Positions 44,022-57,530 of a stretch of 64,000 nucleotides of DNA are shown here, in pieces; position 1 is the first letter of the stretch; the number at the start of each line of letters is the position of its first letter. A program made the translations under genes and the position numbers. Source of the DNA: Eledone cirrhosa (Eukaryota); NCBI GenBank assembly GCA_964016885.1, contig OZ024740.1, positions 345,464,001 through 345,528,000 on the forward strand, in the 5' to 3' direction. The notes beneath the pieces were generated by a model. It was not told where the DNA came from. It ran no database searches and saw only the letters and a program-made list of their open reading frames with translations.

Positions 44022-44062
44022 CGGTGCTGATGATAGCTAACAAGCTTGAAACTATTACATCG
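44022..44062 (+). ncRNA. Hammerhead ribozyme, unit 1 (stem III variant CTAT)
   Basis: CGGTG CTGATGA TAGCTAACAAGCTT GAAA CTAT TA CATCG. Confidence 0.8.
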
Positions 44063-44210
44063 TTCCTGTGTCAGTGTTGAACAAAAAGATGACGTGGTTG
44101 CCTTAACACCGTACGGCAATAATTCAGGCTGTTCAGTTTGTTTACAAACGAACAAAGCGGCGTTGTAATAAGCGTCCGCTAAACTGATACGTGCATATAT
44201 CTATGTGTAC

Positions 44211-44383
<173 letters not shown>

Positions 44384-44552
44384 AATATATATATATGCAT
44401 GCTACTGTACGTCTGTATACATATATGTATGTACGTATACATACATACTTACATTTAAGTAAGTGCCGTACTAAGAGGAGAAATGAAATTTCGTTTTCAT
44501 TTTATTTCAACTTATCGTTTTCGGTATGCCTGACCGATTTATCTCACTCGAT

Positions 44553-44604
44553 ATGCAAATTAGGCTGCTCAGCCATTAATTTTCATAAGGAAAGTATATA
44601 CTTT
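44553..44604 (+). promoter_or_regulatory. Candidate promoter module: octamer ATGCAAAT, CTGCTCAGCC, TATATA (also at 43939 and 45133)
   Basis: Fixed spacing upstream of each HHR; the same motifs are conserved in the diverged minus-strand relative at 47195-47243. Confidence 0.5.
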
Positions 44605-44635
44605 CGAACGTTCAACTATCTGGCAGAAGGGTATA

Positions 44636-44676
44636 CGGTGCTGATGATAGCTAACAAGCTTGAAACTAGTACATCG
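44636..44676 (+). ncRNA. Hammerhead ribozyme, unit 2 (intact)
   Basis: Stem I CGGTG/CATCG; CTGATGA 44641; stem II AGCT/AGCT; GAAA 44662; palindrome CTAG; cleavage after 44671. Confidence 0.88.
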
Positions 44677-44827
44677 TTCCTGTGTCAGTGTTGAACAAAA
44701 AGGTGACGTGGTTGCCTTAACACCGTACGGCAATAATTCAGGCTGTTCAGTTTGTTTACAAACGAACAAAGCGGCGTTATAATAAGCGTCCGCTAAACTG
44801 ATAAGTGCATATATGTATGTGTACCTG

Positions 44828-44967
<140 letters not shown>

Positions 44968-45215
44968 TATATATATGCATGCTACTGTACGTCTGTATAC
45001 ATATATGTATGTACGTATACATACATACTTACATTTAAGTAAGTGCCGTACTAAGAGGAGAAATGAAATTTCGTTTTCATTTTATTTCAACTTATCGTTT
45101 TCGGTATGCCTGACCGATTTATCTCACTCGATATGCAAATTAGGCTGCTCAGCCATTAATTTTCATAAGGAAAGTATATACTTTCGAACGTTCAACTATC
45201 TGGCAGAAGGGTATA

Positions 45216-45256
45216 CGGTGCTGATGATAGCTAACAAGCTTGAAACTAGTACATCG
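45216..45256 (+). ncRNA. Hammerhead ribozyme, unit 3 (intact)
   Basis: Identical to unit 2; cleavage after 45251. Confidence 0.88.
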
Positions 45257-45407
45257 TTCCTGTGTCAGTGTTGAACAAAAAGGTCACGTGGTTGCCTTAA
45301 CACCGTACGGCAAAAATTCAGGCTATTCAGTTTGTTTACAAACGAACAAAGCGGCGTTATAATAAGCGTCCGCTAAACTGATAAGTGCATATATGTATGT
45401 GTACCTG

Positions 45408-45457
<50 letters not shown>

Positions 45458-45505
45458 TGCTACTGTCCGTCTGTATACATATATGTATGTGCGTATACAT
45501 ACATA

Positions 45506-45589
<84 letters not shown>

Positions 45590-46138
45590 CATACATACAT
45601 ATGAAATGGGACTGTCCATCTTTCCGTGGGTTTTCTATTGTCTTTGTCATGTGCGGCCCCTATTTTAATTCATATTCAAAATACTATTTTGACAACTATC
45701 TTATAATAGACATCACACTACCCGGTCTGTCTTCATCTATTCTCCCTTCTTACCGTTTCTACGCCTCGGTGTCTTGTTTCTTTCTCTGCGTTAGACTACA
45801 GTCCACGTTATTCTCTTCTATTTTACATTTTTTTCTGCTCTTTCTAAGCTCTCACGCACTATTCTCTCCTTTCTTTGTTAGTTGACACACTTGGGATATT
45901 TTTGCTTCTATATGTGTAGTTAACCCAAAGGCATAACTTGTCTCAACCAGTTTTGTTTTCTCACAATTTGCATTGGAATGGTCTCAACCTTGATATAACG
46001 ATACCGTAAGGATTTTTAGTTTGACTGAGGCGATGGGACTGTCTTTCTTTTCGTGGGTTTTTTTCTATTGTCTTTTTCTCCTATGCTTCTGCTACAGTAA
46101 AGACATAGTCATGGGGGAATTTTTGCAACTCTCTCTCC

Positions 46139-46245
<107 letters not shown>

Positions 46246-46256
46246 ATATATATCTA

Positions 46257-46313
<57 letters not shown>

Positions 46314-46316
<3 letters not shown>

Positions 46317-46441
46317 AATTAATAAAGTAATGAATAAACAAAGAACAGTTCCTTATATTAAACAAATGTTTTAAATTCTTATATTAAAAATTTTAATATA
46401 AGGAACTGTTTCTTTGTTTATTCATTACTTTATTAATTTAT
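46314..46441. repeat. Palindromic tail module; related to 5945-6030
   Basis: ATAAATTAATAAAGTAATGAATAAACAAAGAACAGTTCCTTATATTAAA is mirrored at 46392-46441. Confidence 0.8.
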
Positions 46442-46788
46442 CTTGACTCTGTTTTCCGTTAATTTTCACCGAAAATAGTTTTTGAATGCATCTTCTCTTT
46501 TCATGATATCCGGATTACATTGAGTTCTTCATACGGATTGGACACTACCGTAAATTTTTGGTAGATTTATCTACATATATATATTATCATGAGTTAAAGG
46601 TCTATAGATTTTTCCCTGGATTTTACTAAATTCTGTGGATGGATTTATATCCTGATTCTCTTTTGAGATGAGTTTGAGTTATTTTTCCTAAATCTTTCGT
46701 TAACTACTTTTCCCATCTTGACGTTATAGTCGCATATATGTTATAGAATGCCGTTAGCTTCTTGCTAAAACAATCTCTATACCTCTCA

Positions 46789-46839
<51 letters not shown>

Positions 46840-46939
46840 CATTTTAACTTTATTTATGTATATATATATATATAAATAAAATTACAATTTTATTTCTCGC
46901 TCTAGCACAGCAGATACATAAATGTAAGTATGCACACGA

Positions 46940-46976
<37 letters not shown>

Positions 46977-46989
46977 CAAACACATATAT

Positions 46990-47300
46990 ATAAATACGTA
47001 TGGGTTATATCGAACATTAATGATAATGTTCGATTCGTTTGTAAATTGACGGCCCGATATAAAAATGTGCTGTGCCAGTTACTGATCGTCACCTGTTTGT
47101 TCAACACTGGCTTTGAGGAGCAATCAATATGTTTCTGGGTCATTACCCTTCATCAGTTATGTATACTTCTGCAAGTCTGTTGAAGGGTTGAAAATATATA
47201 GTATTTTCTTAAGTACACATCGGCTGAGCAGTCTCATTTGCATACCAAGCGAGTTACGGCTGGCCTTGCCGAATATTAAAAATAAAATTAGAATGTAATT
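46990..47300 (-). mobile_element. Diverged monomeric relative of the tandem-array unit, with HHR at 47125-47159
   Basis: Minus strand: ATGCAAATGAGACTGCTCAGCC..TATATA..CAGAAG..AA CTGATGA AGGGTAATGACCCA GAAA CA TA TT..CAGTGTTGAACAAACAGGTGACG..TTTACAAACGAA. Confidence 0.75.
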
Positions 47301-47619
47301 CCCTTGCCCTAGCACAGCTGATACATAAATGAAAGTATACACACGCACACACACACACTCTCACACAGACACACACACACACACACATATGTATATATAT
47401 ATATATATATATATGTGTGTTTATATATATATATATATATATATATATGATTATTTGCTCTAGGAACTTGTTGAGTGCTCTGAATCAGCTATAAACATTT
47501 ATACCTTTATCTATTTATTTATTTATTTATTATTTTTCGTATTCCCAACTATTTGTTTACCCCTTGCCCCTTTTTATTTTTTATATATATGTAATATTTA
47601 TGTATTTTCTTATATATAT

Positions 47620-50600
47620 ATAATCAGTGAACAAGAACAACAAATCCTGCAGCTACCATCAAAATTTGTCATCTACAAAAAGATTAATCCTATTGAGTGC
47701 AAAACGGAGCTGGAAAAGTGTTTCACAAAAATACGTTGGAATGCAAAAGTAAACAACAACAACAACTATACGGACAACAACAACAATAATAACGATAGTA
47801 GTAATATAAACAATAACTCTGAGTATAGAAATAACAGCTATAATAGTAATAGTCATAGCAATAACAATAGCAGGAGAGTGAGAAATAGTAATAATGGTAA
47901 TAATATTAACGATAGACAGAACAACAACAACAACAACCACAATAATAATAATAATAACAGAAACATTAACTACAGACACAGCAGCACACAGTAGTAATAA
48001 CGGTAACAATACGAATAACAACAACAACAACCACAATGGTAATAATAGAAATAATATATGTAGCAACATTAATGATAGACACAACAAAAACAAGAAACAT
48101 AATAAAAGTAATAACCACAATGGTAGAAATAACAGTAACAACAACAATAACGGTGGAGAAAACAACAGCAATACATCTAACAATCAAAGCAACAATACAT
48201 CTAGCAATCATAACAACAATACTTCTAACAATCACAGCAACAATACATCTAGCAATCATAACAATAATAATGATGCTAATGATAGGAACAACAACAACCA
48301 CCATAATAACAATAATAGCAACACACACAACTATGACGATAGATATGACTATTCTTCAACCCAGCTGACAAAACGTATAAAATGGGTAATACCTATCCTA
48401 CGAGGTTACCCTTTAAGAAAAGAGTTTGCATACCACAACAAATAGATGATGAGACAGAGGCACAGTTCACCATAGCTAGAAATAAGATTAGACAAATAGT
48501 AGACCGGTATACTAAGAGGCAGAGCAGACCAGAGGTCCAACAACTTGGGAGGAAACCTGTAGAAGTCTTGGTTAGCCTCAAGCAGCGCACAGGGGATGGT
48601 GAGGTAGTATGTCTACCCACGGATAAGTCTGGTAGGATGTCAATAGACAGCATGCCAATCTACATCAAGGCTATGCAACCCCACATCACCAACACGGGTG
48701 AAATTGCACAGCAAATACAAGATGAGAGAGAGAAAATCCTCAACGCTATCATGATGATGTGGACCGACTTCCTAAAGCCAAGCAGACGCACTGCCAACAA
48801 CTTCCAGGCGTCTAACAATGGCATACCACCTTTGTATGGGCTCCGCAAAGACCACAGGACAGTCAAGACCCGACAACAGGACCACCAACAAGACCTGTAT
48901 GCGGAGAAAATATAGCTAGCAACTACAGGATCTCCTACTTCCTCTCAATGGTTATACGCCCCATAATCAAGATGTCCCCAGATGTATACGACAGTACAGA
49001 GGACCTCCTCAGCAGAATCAGTGAGTGCAACAAAAACAGGAACCTATCCAACTGCATAATAGGCAGTATGGATGTGGTATCACTGTACCCATCCATTAAC
49101 ATTGATTTTGCTGTGGAAAAATGTGTGATGATCATTGAGAGTGAGGTGGAGTTCTGTGACGTCGACACAGGCGAACTGGGCCTCCTACTTAGACTTACTT
49201 ACGACACTGATAACCTAGACCGCCATGACCTTAGACGTTTCTTCCCCAGTAGACCTATAAGAGGTAGACCCCCCACCATAAACTCAATGGCAAAAAAGAC
49301 TCCCATGGGAAGGTGGATTGAGTGGACCAAAGCTATACGGACCCCCCAAAACAATGATCAGGTAAGAAAAATGGTCGCACATGCAATAGGGGATAGTATC
49401 CTAACTACCCTAAAGGGTCACATATTCAAGTTCAACGAGAAGATCTACACCCAAAATAAAAGAAATAAGGGAGCAGCCATTGGCGTCAGCATAGCTGGTG
49501 ACGTTGCCAACCTTTTTATGGTATGGTGGGAAAGAAGACTCAAAGATCTCCTTGATGAGAGCTCCATAGACCTCATCATGTACTCTCGTTACGTAGATGA
49601 CATCAATATAGTAATAAGGACATCCCCACAAGAGAGCACTAACAAGTTTGATTTAGAACGTAGCACAATGTAAAGCATCCAGCAGATAGCTAATTCCATA
49701 CACCAGAGTATAACTGTAACTATCGAGTACCCTTCCAAACACCCTAACAGTAGACTATCTGTATTAGACACGGAACTCTGGATTAACGCTATAGACGAGA
49801 GAGCCCAAATTCTCCACTCACACTATGCTAAACCCATGACATCCAAATACCTGATACTCAAAAACTCAGCAATGTCCAGTAGTGCTAAGTTTAATATTCT
49901 GATCGCAGACTTGGTACGAGTGATGAAGAACGTGTCCCGCATGTGCGACCCAACATAAATGGAAAGACACATCCAACACTTCATCAACCGCATGCAGTTC
50001 TCTGGCTACAACCAAAGAGACAGAATCAGAGTATACGAAGGAGCCACGGAGAAGTATATGACCCTCATAGAATTGGACATGAAAGAAATTTGCCCATTAT
50101 AAAGGAGAAAATCAGGGAATAGCTTAGATAGGACTAGACATACGATAGGGAAAGCCACCTCATGGTAAGACAACCATAGATACCTGAGTGTCAAGTTTGT
50201 GGACGCTACCCCTGGAGGGAAATTATCTAACCAGTGTAGAAAGGCTCTGAGAAAGACCTACTTAAAGATTAAGGTGGTAGAAAAGCCAGGAACCACCATA
50301 AAATCCCTGATCAGCAAAACCTACCCTTTTCAGAAAATCCACTGTACTAATATGAAATGTATCATATGTAGAGTAAACCCCCGGATAAACTGTAAAACTA
50401 GAAACGTAGTCTATAGCATAAGATGTACAGAGGGTACTTGCAGAAACATGACAACAATATACATAGGCGAGACAGCTTGTAGCATAGGTGAAAGAATAGA
50501 TCAACACTGGGGAGAACTAAAAGGACAAAAAAACGGTTCAGTACTGTACGAACATGCTAGACAACAACACAACGGTAACATAGACATCATAGAAGTTAGA

Positions 50601-51245
50601 ATAATATCTAAACATAGAAATGACCCAGCAGATAGGAAAATCAGAGAGGCCAGCGAAATAGGACTTAGAAGGCCAAGGCTGAACAGAAAAAATGAATGGA
50701 ATAACAACAACACCCTAACAAACAACACTGACCTAAGAGAAGTATAAATAAATAAATAAATAAATACATACACAAGCACAATAACAACAAACACATATGA
50801 ACACACACTGGCAAATTAAGATATAATACATTAACCTATACACAGTCACCCAAACAAGAACACACATCAAACAAAACACTATACACACACGCAAACGCAT
50901 GCGCAGAGAAGACGAAAAATAAACAAATAAATAAATAAATAAATAAACAGACTAAATAAAGATGGCGTAAGCATACAATGCAACGGGAGGAAACATAATA
51001 GCAACACTGATGATGTCGCAGATGTGCAAAGAAAGAACTTTGATAGACTATATATATGTGTTTGTGTCTATAGTGTGTCTGTATTTTTGACCGTTGCTCA
51101 GCCAATGGCAACATTGAGGAACGAATAAATTAAATTAACCGATATAAAAGTCACAGAAGCGAAAACCAACCAAACAGTGAGTGTGTTCTGTTATTAATTC
51201 TGGCCATATTCTTACACAAATATGACGCTCCCCAAGAATAACAAT
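47620..51245 (+). mobile_element. Near full-length degenerate Penelope-like retroelement (N-terminal domain, Asn-rich insert, RT, Cys-rich linker, C-terminal GIY-YIG, HHR tail)
   Basis: PTDKSGR, PPLYGLRKDH, GSMDVVSLYPSI, GAAIGVSIAGDVANLFM, YSRYVDDI, CKTRNVVYSIRC..IYIGETACSIGERIDQH..REASEI..LNRKNEW; several stops and frameshifts (e.g. 49671). Confidence 0.92.
51003..51044 (+). ncRNA. Degenerate HHR in the 3' tail of the PLE
   Basis: AACA CTGATGA(51007) TGTCGCAGATGTGCAAA GAAA GAAC TT TGAT. Confidence 0.6.
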
Positions 51246-51324
51246 ATATATATATATATATATATATTTCATTTCTGAATTTGTTTAGCAAGATTCTTTA
51301 TCTGAAAACGTGTGTTGAAACCGA

Positions 51325-52805
51325 TATTGTTTTACTTTGGGAGGGTCATGTGGCCAATAAGAAACACACGCACCAGTTGCTTTCACTTCAATTTATTATA
51401 ATAAATTCATAAATTTAGGAATTTATAAATTTCCGGTTGGTTGGTTGGTTCCACAACCAGATGATTTTTTATATATATATTGTCAAAGTTCTTTCGTCAC
51501 ACATTCTGTGACATCTTTAGTGGCTGGGGATTCTTTTCTTTGTTTTTGTGCCTCTCCTTTGTTCTGTCCTACGCCATCTTGTTTGTGTGTGTGTGTTGTC
51601 TGCTTAGTTTGCGCATGTGTTACATCCGGGTGTCTGTGTGTGTTTATATTCCATGACTTCCAAATATCTGATCCACCGAAACTCAGCTGTTTGGGACCAT
51701 ACCAAAATCAACATACTGATTGCGGATTTGGTACGGGTGATGAGAAACGTGTCCTGCATGTGCAACCCCGAAGAACTAGAAAGACACATAGAACACTTCA
51801 TCCACCGTATGCAGTTCTCTGGTTACAATCAGAGAGATAAAATCAGAGTATATAGAGGAGCCAGAACCAAATGGGAAAAAATGGTAAATAATGATACAAA
51901 TGGGACCTGCCCCTTGTATAGGAGTAAATTTTGCAATAGAATAGAAAGAACTAGGAATAAGGCTAATATAATAAACTCATGGTATGATAACAATAAATAC
52001 CAGAGTGTAATGTTCATCGATACAACCCCTAGAAGGGCCCTAGATAAACATAAACTCAATATTAAGATAGTAGAAAGACCAGGTACCTCCATAAAAACAC
52101 TTACATACCCTTTTCAAAGACCTCCTTGTATAGATAAGAAACGTATAATCTGTAAATTAAGCCCCCATATTAACTGTAAATCTAGAAATGTAGTATTTAG
52201 TATAAGATGTACTGAAGGACAATGTAGAGATAAAAAGATAGTGTACATAGGTGAGACAGCTCGTAGTATAGGAGAACGGATAAATGAACACTGGCAAGAC
52301 CTTCAAGATAGTAAAGAATCATCTGTACTCTACCAACATAAGGGTAAATTAGAGAACATAGAAATAAAAATAGAATCTACACACAGAAAAGACGCAATGT
52401 TTAGACAAATCACAGAGGCAATAAACATAAATGAACTCCAAACAAAATTAAATAGAAAACACGAGTGGAACAGCAACATCACAACTTACAATTAAGGACA
52501 AAATGAAAACACACACGCACATAGAACAAACAACCAACCAGTAACATGTAAATAAACAAGATGGCGTAGGACAGAACAAAGAAGTGGCACAAAAACAAAG
52601 AAAATAATCCCCAGCCACTAAAGAGGTCACAGAATGTGTGACGAAAGAACTTTGACAATATATATATAAACAATCATCTGGTTGTGGAACCAACCAATCA
52701 ACCGGAAATTTATAAATTCCTAAATGTATAAATTTATTATAATAAATTGAAGTGAAGGCACTGGTGCGTGTGTTTCTTATTGGCAACATGACCCTCCCAA
52801 AGTAT

Positions 52806-52810
<5 letters not shown>
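51325..52810 (+). mobile_element. 5'-truncated PLE (thumb and GIY-YIG, ORF 51617-52495) bracketed by inverted copies of its ~260 bp tail
   Basis: MTSKYLIHRNSA..NVVFSIRC..VYIGETARSIGERINEH..LNRKHEW, paralogous to 49836-50747; 51325-51585 is inverted to 52555-52810. Confidence 0.92.
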
Positions 52811-52857
<47 letters not shown>

Positions 52858-52860
<3 letters not shown>

Positions 52861-53185
52861 ATATATTAACAAATGGATACTATATTTATGAAACCATATT
52901 TATTTCAATATACATATTTCAAGGGACACCAAGGCATATTATGGTGGATTTTTCAGAGTATGTCAATATTTATTTATAAAACTAATCTATACTATATTTT
53001 ATCTGATGAAAGCGCACCATGCCTTGGTGGCCTTGAAATATGTATATTGAAATAAATATGGTTTTATAAATAGTTTCCATTTGTTAATAAATTGTATATT
53101 TATTCCAATAATTTGTTGAGTGCTTTATATCAGTCATAAAAATATTTTGCTTGTTGTATCCCCAAAAATTAAATATAACCTCTAC
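52858..53185 (+). ncRNA. Inverted-repeat module with hammerhead ribozyme at 52995-53054
   Basis: TATTTTAT CTGATGA(53003) AAGCGCACCA..TGGTGGCCTT GAAA TATGTA TA TTGAAATA; 52858-52938 is inverted to 53019-53096. Confidence 0.78.
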
Positions 53186-53681
53186 ATATATATATATGTA
53201 TATGTGTGTGTATATGTGTGTGTGTATGTGTATGTATATATTTATATGTATGGATGTGTAAATGTGTGTATGCTTACCATGTGTGTTTATTTGTGTCCTT
53301 TCTTGTATCGCTGTCAACTTTATAATAATTTTTATTTTTATTTTGATGTGACGGCCTTTTGCATCATTATATTTTTTATTATTATTTTTCTCATATTTAA
53401 TTTGTGTGTGCGTATGTAGGTGTGTGTACATATATCTATATATGTGTGTGCGTATGTATGCGTGTATATATGTGTGTATGTATGTGTATGTGTACGTGTG
53501 TATATATGTATGATTATATATATATGTGAGTGTATATGTATATATATATGCATGTGTGTGTTTGTGTATTTGTGTGTATGTGGATGTATGGATATGTATG
53601 GATATATGTATGTATGTATATATATATATGTGTGTGTGTGTATGGGTATATATATATATGTGTATGTATATATGTGTGTGT

Positions 53682-53713
<32 letters not shown>

Positions 53714-53930
53714 GCATATGTGTGTGTATGTATATGTGTGTATGTGTGTGCATGTGTGTTTATCTACTTTTATATTTATTCTGTTTCCTTTCCTTCTTCC
53801 TTTTCCAGCCTCACCTTCATATAGAATATATTTTTGTTTTTAAAATCCACTGTTAATAAATACACCAGGATTCGTTTGCTTTCAAGAAACCACTGGTAAA
53901 TGAAATAATTATCTTATGTTGTTTATTACA

Positions 53931-54322
<392 letters not shown>

Positions 54323-54491
54323 TGATGATTTCTTTCGAATGAAACATTCCATCCAAATCATCAGTTGATCGTTGGGGCTACGTTGTTTCGTTGTTTTAAG
54401 ATTGATTCAAATGTAATGCAGAAGGGACAATAAGAAATAGACAAACACAGTCTATCGTCTATTTACAAATAAGAGAAAATATGCTACTTAC

Positions 54492-54504
54492 CGTTGTGCT
54501 GCAA
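54492..54504 (-). other. Candidate 13-nt microexon of an unidentified minus-strand host gene
   Basis: Minus strand: long pyrimidine tract ..TGC..TATCTTTTCAG | TTGCAGCACAACG | GTAAGT. Confidence 0.35.
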
Positions 54505-55177
54505 CTGAAAAGATAGTAATTGATGAGGCACAACATAATGAGTAGCTAAGAAGAAGAAATGAAAAGAGAAGTTGGAAGCGATAGAGAATATACATTTAAT
54601 CAAAATACTTTTCGTTTGTTTGGACGTTAAGTGCAAAACAGACAGGCATAACGAGCAGAAAGAGAGAGAGAAATATAGAGAGGGTGGGGGGGGGGGGGGG
54701 TGATAGGTAGATAGAGAGAGAAGAGGAGGGGTAAATGAAACAGACAGAGGGACGCTGACGGTGTAAAATAAAACATCAATTTGAGAAAAAGAGTCCAGTG
54801 TGGTTCAATTCATACAACAGGTAAAAAAAAAAAAAATTAAACACTTTAGTTTATTTTTACCTTCGCTCAGATTTTTTATTAATTTTATATGATTTTACCC
54901 ACACAGTTCTCGTTTTTCACACACACACACACATATACACACATCACACACACATATGTATATATGTATATATATAACAAAGAAAGTGTGGTAAGGAACC
55001 AGGTGAACCATAACGGACCAGTGTACTCGATACTTAGAGCAGTAGAGTGGGTAATAGGAAAAGAGCCAGGACCCCTACAGCTGAGCTCCGGCTGTTTTGA
55101 CAGCTAGATCCGAACTATATATATATAGTGGTAAGAAACTCTCGGGTGAGCTGGAGAGCAGAAGGTCTCCAGAGAAG

Positions 55178-55226
<49 letters not shown>

Positions 55227-55289
55227 CGTGTGTATGTGTTTATGTGTTGTCATTCATTACCCAACTTTCTATTAGTTGTTTCGTTTTTT

Positions 55290-55560
55290 TTCTCACTTTC
55301 ATCCTGCCAGGTTTAATTATGTGTCAGATATCCGACAGTTCTCTGTGTAATAAACAATCTTCTACCTGCTTTTCCTTTCATCGGCTAAGCAACACTTCTT
55401 TCCCCATTCTTATTTGACTCCAGTGTTGCCATGTAAAATACCGACGTTCAATGAACACGTTTATATTTGTGTGGACCGTTTTTTCACAGTCGTGATGCCT
55501 TCTAACGCCTCTGGCACAATAGACACAATGAACTGGACACCAAGTGTCCAGTTCATTAGG
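55290..55560 (-). mobile_element. Very decayed RTE-like LINE C-terminal fragment
   Basis: ..WSQIRMGKEVLLSR*KEKQVEDCLLHRELSDI*HIIK.. loosely matches W...ISNEELL.R..Q..VE..I.KR.....GHI.R. Confidence 0.35.
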
Positions 55561-57079
55561 CACTTCCAGATATATTCAATAACTATCCACCTATGGAATT
55601 TTCCTCGTTCTTCTATGTGGAGTGTTTTTTAGGACCCACGCTGCTACGATTAGTCCTTTACAATAATTCTCACTCATTCTTTGTTCCCCTTATTTACTGA
55701 TCATATAGTTTTCAGTCTCCTCGTGGTTTAGTATCAACTAATTACTATTTTTTTTCTTACATGGAGTCTTACTGAATAATCGTCTGATAGAAATATATTT
55801 TTCAATATTTATATGCTGATAAATAAATAAAGGCTATGAAATGAAATTAAAATACAAGGATAAATTCAGACAAAATAGAAAAACATTAAAACCATTTTAA
55901 TGAAATAAACAGTTATAGATATAAACATATAATGTATATTTTTAATTATATTTATATAAAACACATATATCCTCATCATCATTCCATTCTGACAAGTATT
56001 GGATCAGTATGTGATTGATATGCAGATATTAATAACAAATGCAGAATGAGAAAGTCTACTGCAGTATTTCAACAATTATAAAGAATGTGATCGGGAAAAT
56101 ATTGGATAACATCACAATGTAATTGTACCATATCGTCATGCTACTAAAGTGTTACATACAAGCGAAATGTTATGGAGGTCTTTCACAAAAGGTACATGGG
56201 AGAAATCCTGAAAACTTTGTTTCATGATATAAAAATCTCGAAGAATCTATGAATCCTAAATAGTGCTTTGAGTTGAATAATACGTTGTGAGTGAAATTTG
56301 TTAGACGGTGACTGTAAAATCCCCAATAAGAGAAGGACTTCAGCTATGAAAACATCATTTCTCTTTGTTTCTTTGTCTAACGATATTGTGTCACTGGGTG
56401 TGTGATTTAACCATCACGTAACCACGATCTTCATTGAAATACCACAGCTTTGTTAATAAAAGATTTTTAAGCATCTAGATCGAACTACAATATTCTATGT
56501 AAACATACTTGAATCCTAAATATTCCTTGATCATCTCCTTGTCACCCCTGTCGTCGGCGTATTTCAATTTATATTCATTTAAATCATACACTTATTTTCT
56601 TCCACACTTAATTTTTATCAATGTCAAACATATAGCCAAAAATGTATATCTAGCAGATTCGACTTCGCCACCAGTATAAAGGCTCAATCACTGATGATAA
56701 TTTCTTTTCCTTCCATTCCTTCTAAATGTCTCGGGGACCCTAGAGACCGTTATAGGCTTTTCCTTTCCTTCTCAGGTAAATTCATTAATAATAAATAAAT
56801 AAACAGGCAACTGCTGATACCTTGTGCTTCTGCTAAATTCTTAATTAGAAACTGGAGATAACATGAAGAAACCATAAAGTAGAGTTTCCAATGGTATCTT
56901 GGAGGGATTTCTTATTGGTCAGCGAGCAGTATTTAGCAGTTGTTATAGGAGAAACTATCTTAACTCACTATGACATATTCCACTACAAAGTAACTATTTG
57001 GATTTTCATAGGAAACTCAGACGCAGAAAAATAACTGTAAAATGCAGTTGCAAAAACTAGACGGAAAATAATGCTTAAC

Positions 57080-57530
57080 AGTCGATATGAAGAATCGAAC
57101 TCCATATCTTTCAGAGATAGGCTAACTGCTCAGCCTACTGAGCTAAACAGCCTAAACAACGCCACCGTCTAAATTAGAAGCTAAATCACACAATTTTGAA
57201 AATCTTAGCAACATCGTATGCAAACTTTAATCTCCCGAAACACTGAAAGATTGTGAGTTTTATAGAAAATGTATAAAAGATTTAGGCACAGAAAAATGAC
57301 TCTAAATAGAGTGGGAATCTAAATATAGTTTGCAAAATCACGTAAAGAAACTGATAGACGGGAAAAAGTGGTCAACGGTCACAATGAAGAATCGAAGACC
57401 ATATCTCTTCAAATACAAGCTAAATGGTCGAGGCATTGAGCTAAACGGGCCCTGAAAACGATCTCCATCTAAAATAGACTCTTCATCACACGGCTTTAAA
57501 AATGTAAACAAAATCGTATGCAAAGTTTGA
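57080..57530 (-). repeat. Two decayed tRNA-like heads in a ~300 bp tandem duplication (57080-57152, 57377-57451)
   Basis: Minus strand GGCTGTTTAGCTCAGTAGG..GGAGTTCGATTC (A and B boxes); downstream flanks are also duplicated. Confidence 0.6.

Noticed and set aside
47659-48328. Hydrophobic Leu/Val/Ile-rich minus-strand ORFs resembling membrane proteins
   Set aside because: Antisense of the (AAC/AAT)n tract within the PLE.
56100-56660. Possible RT remnants (YADD-like on minus, RTE C-terminus-like on plus)
   Set aside because: Too degenerate to support by eye.
57080-57451. Functional tRNA genes
   Set aside because: A and B boxes are present but acceptor and anticodon stems do not pair well; treated as SINE heads or pseudogenes.
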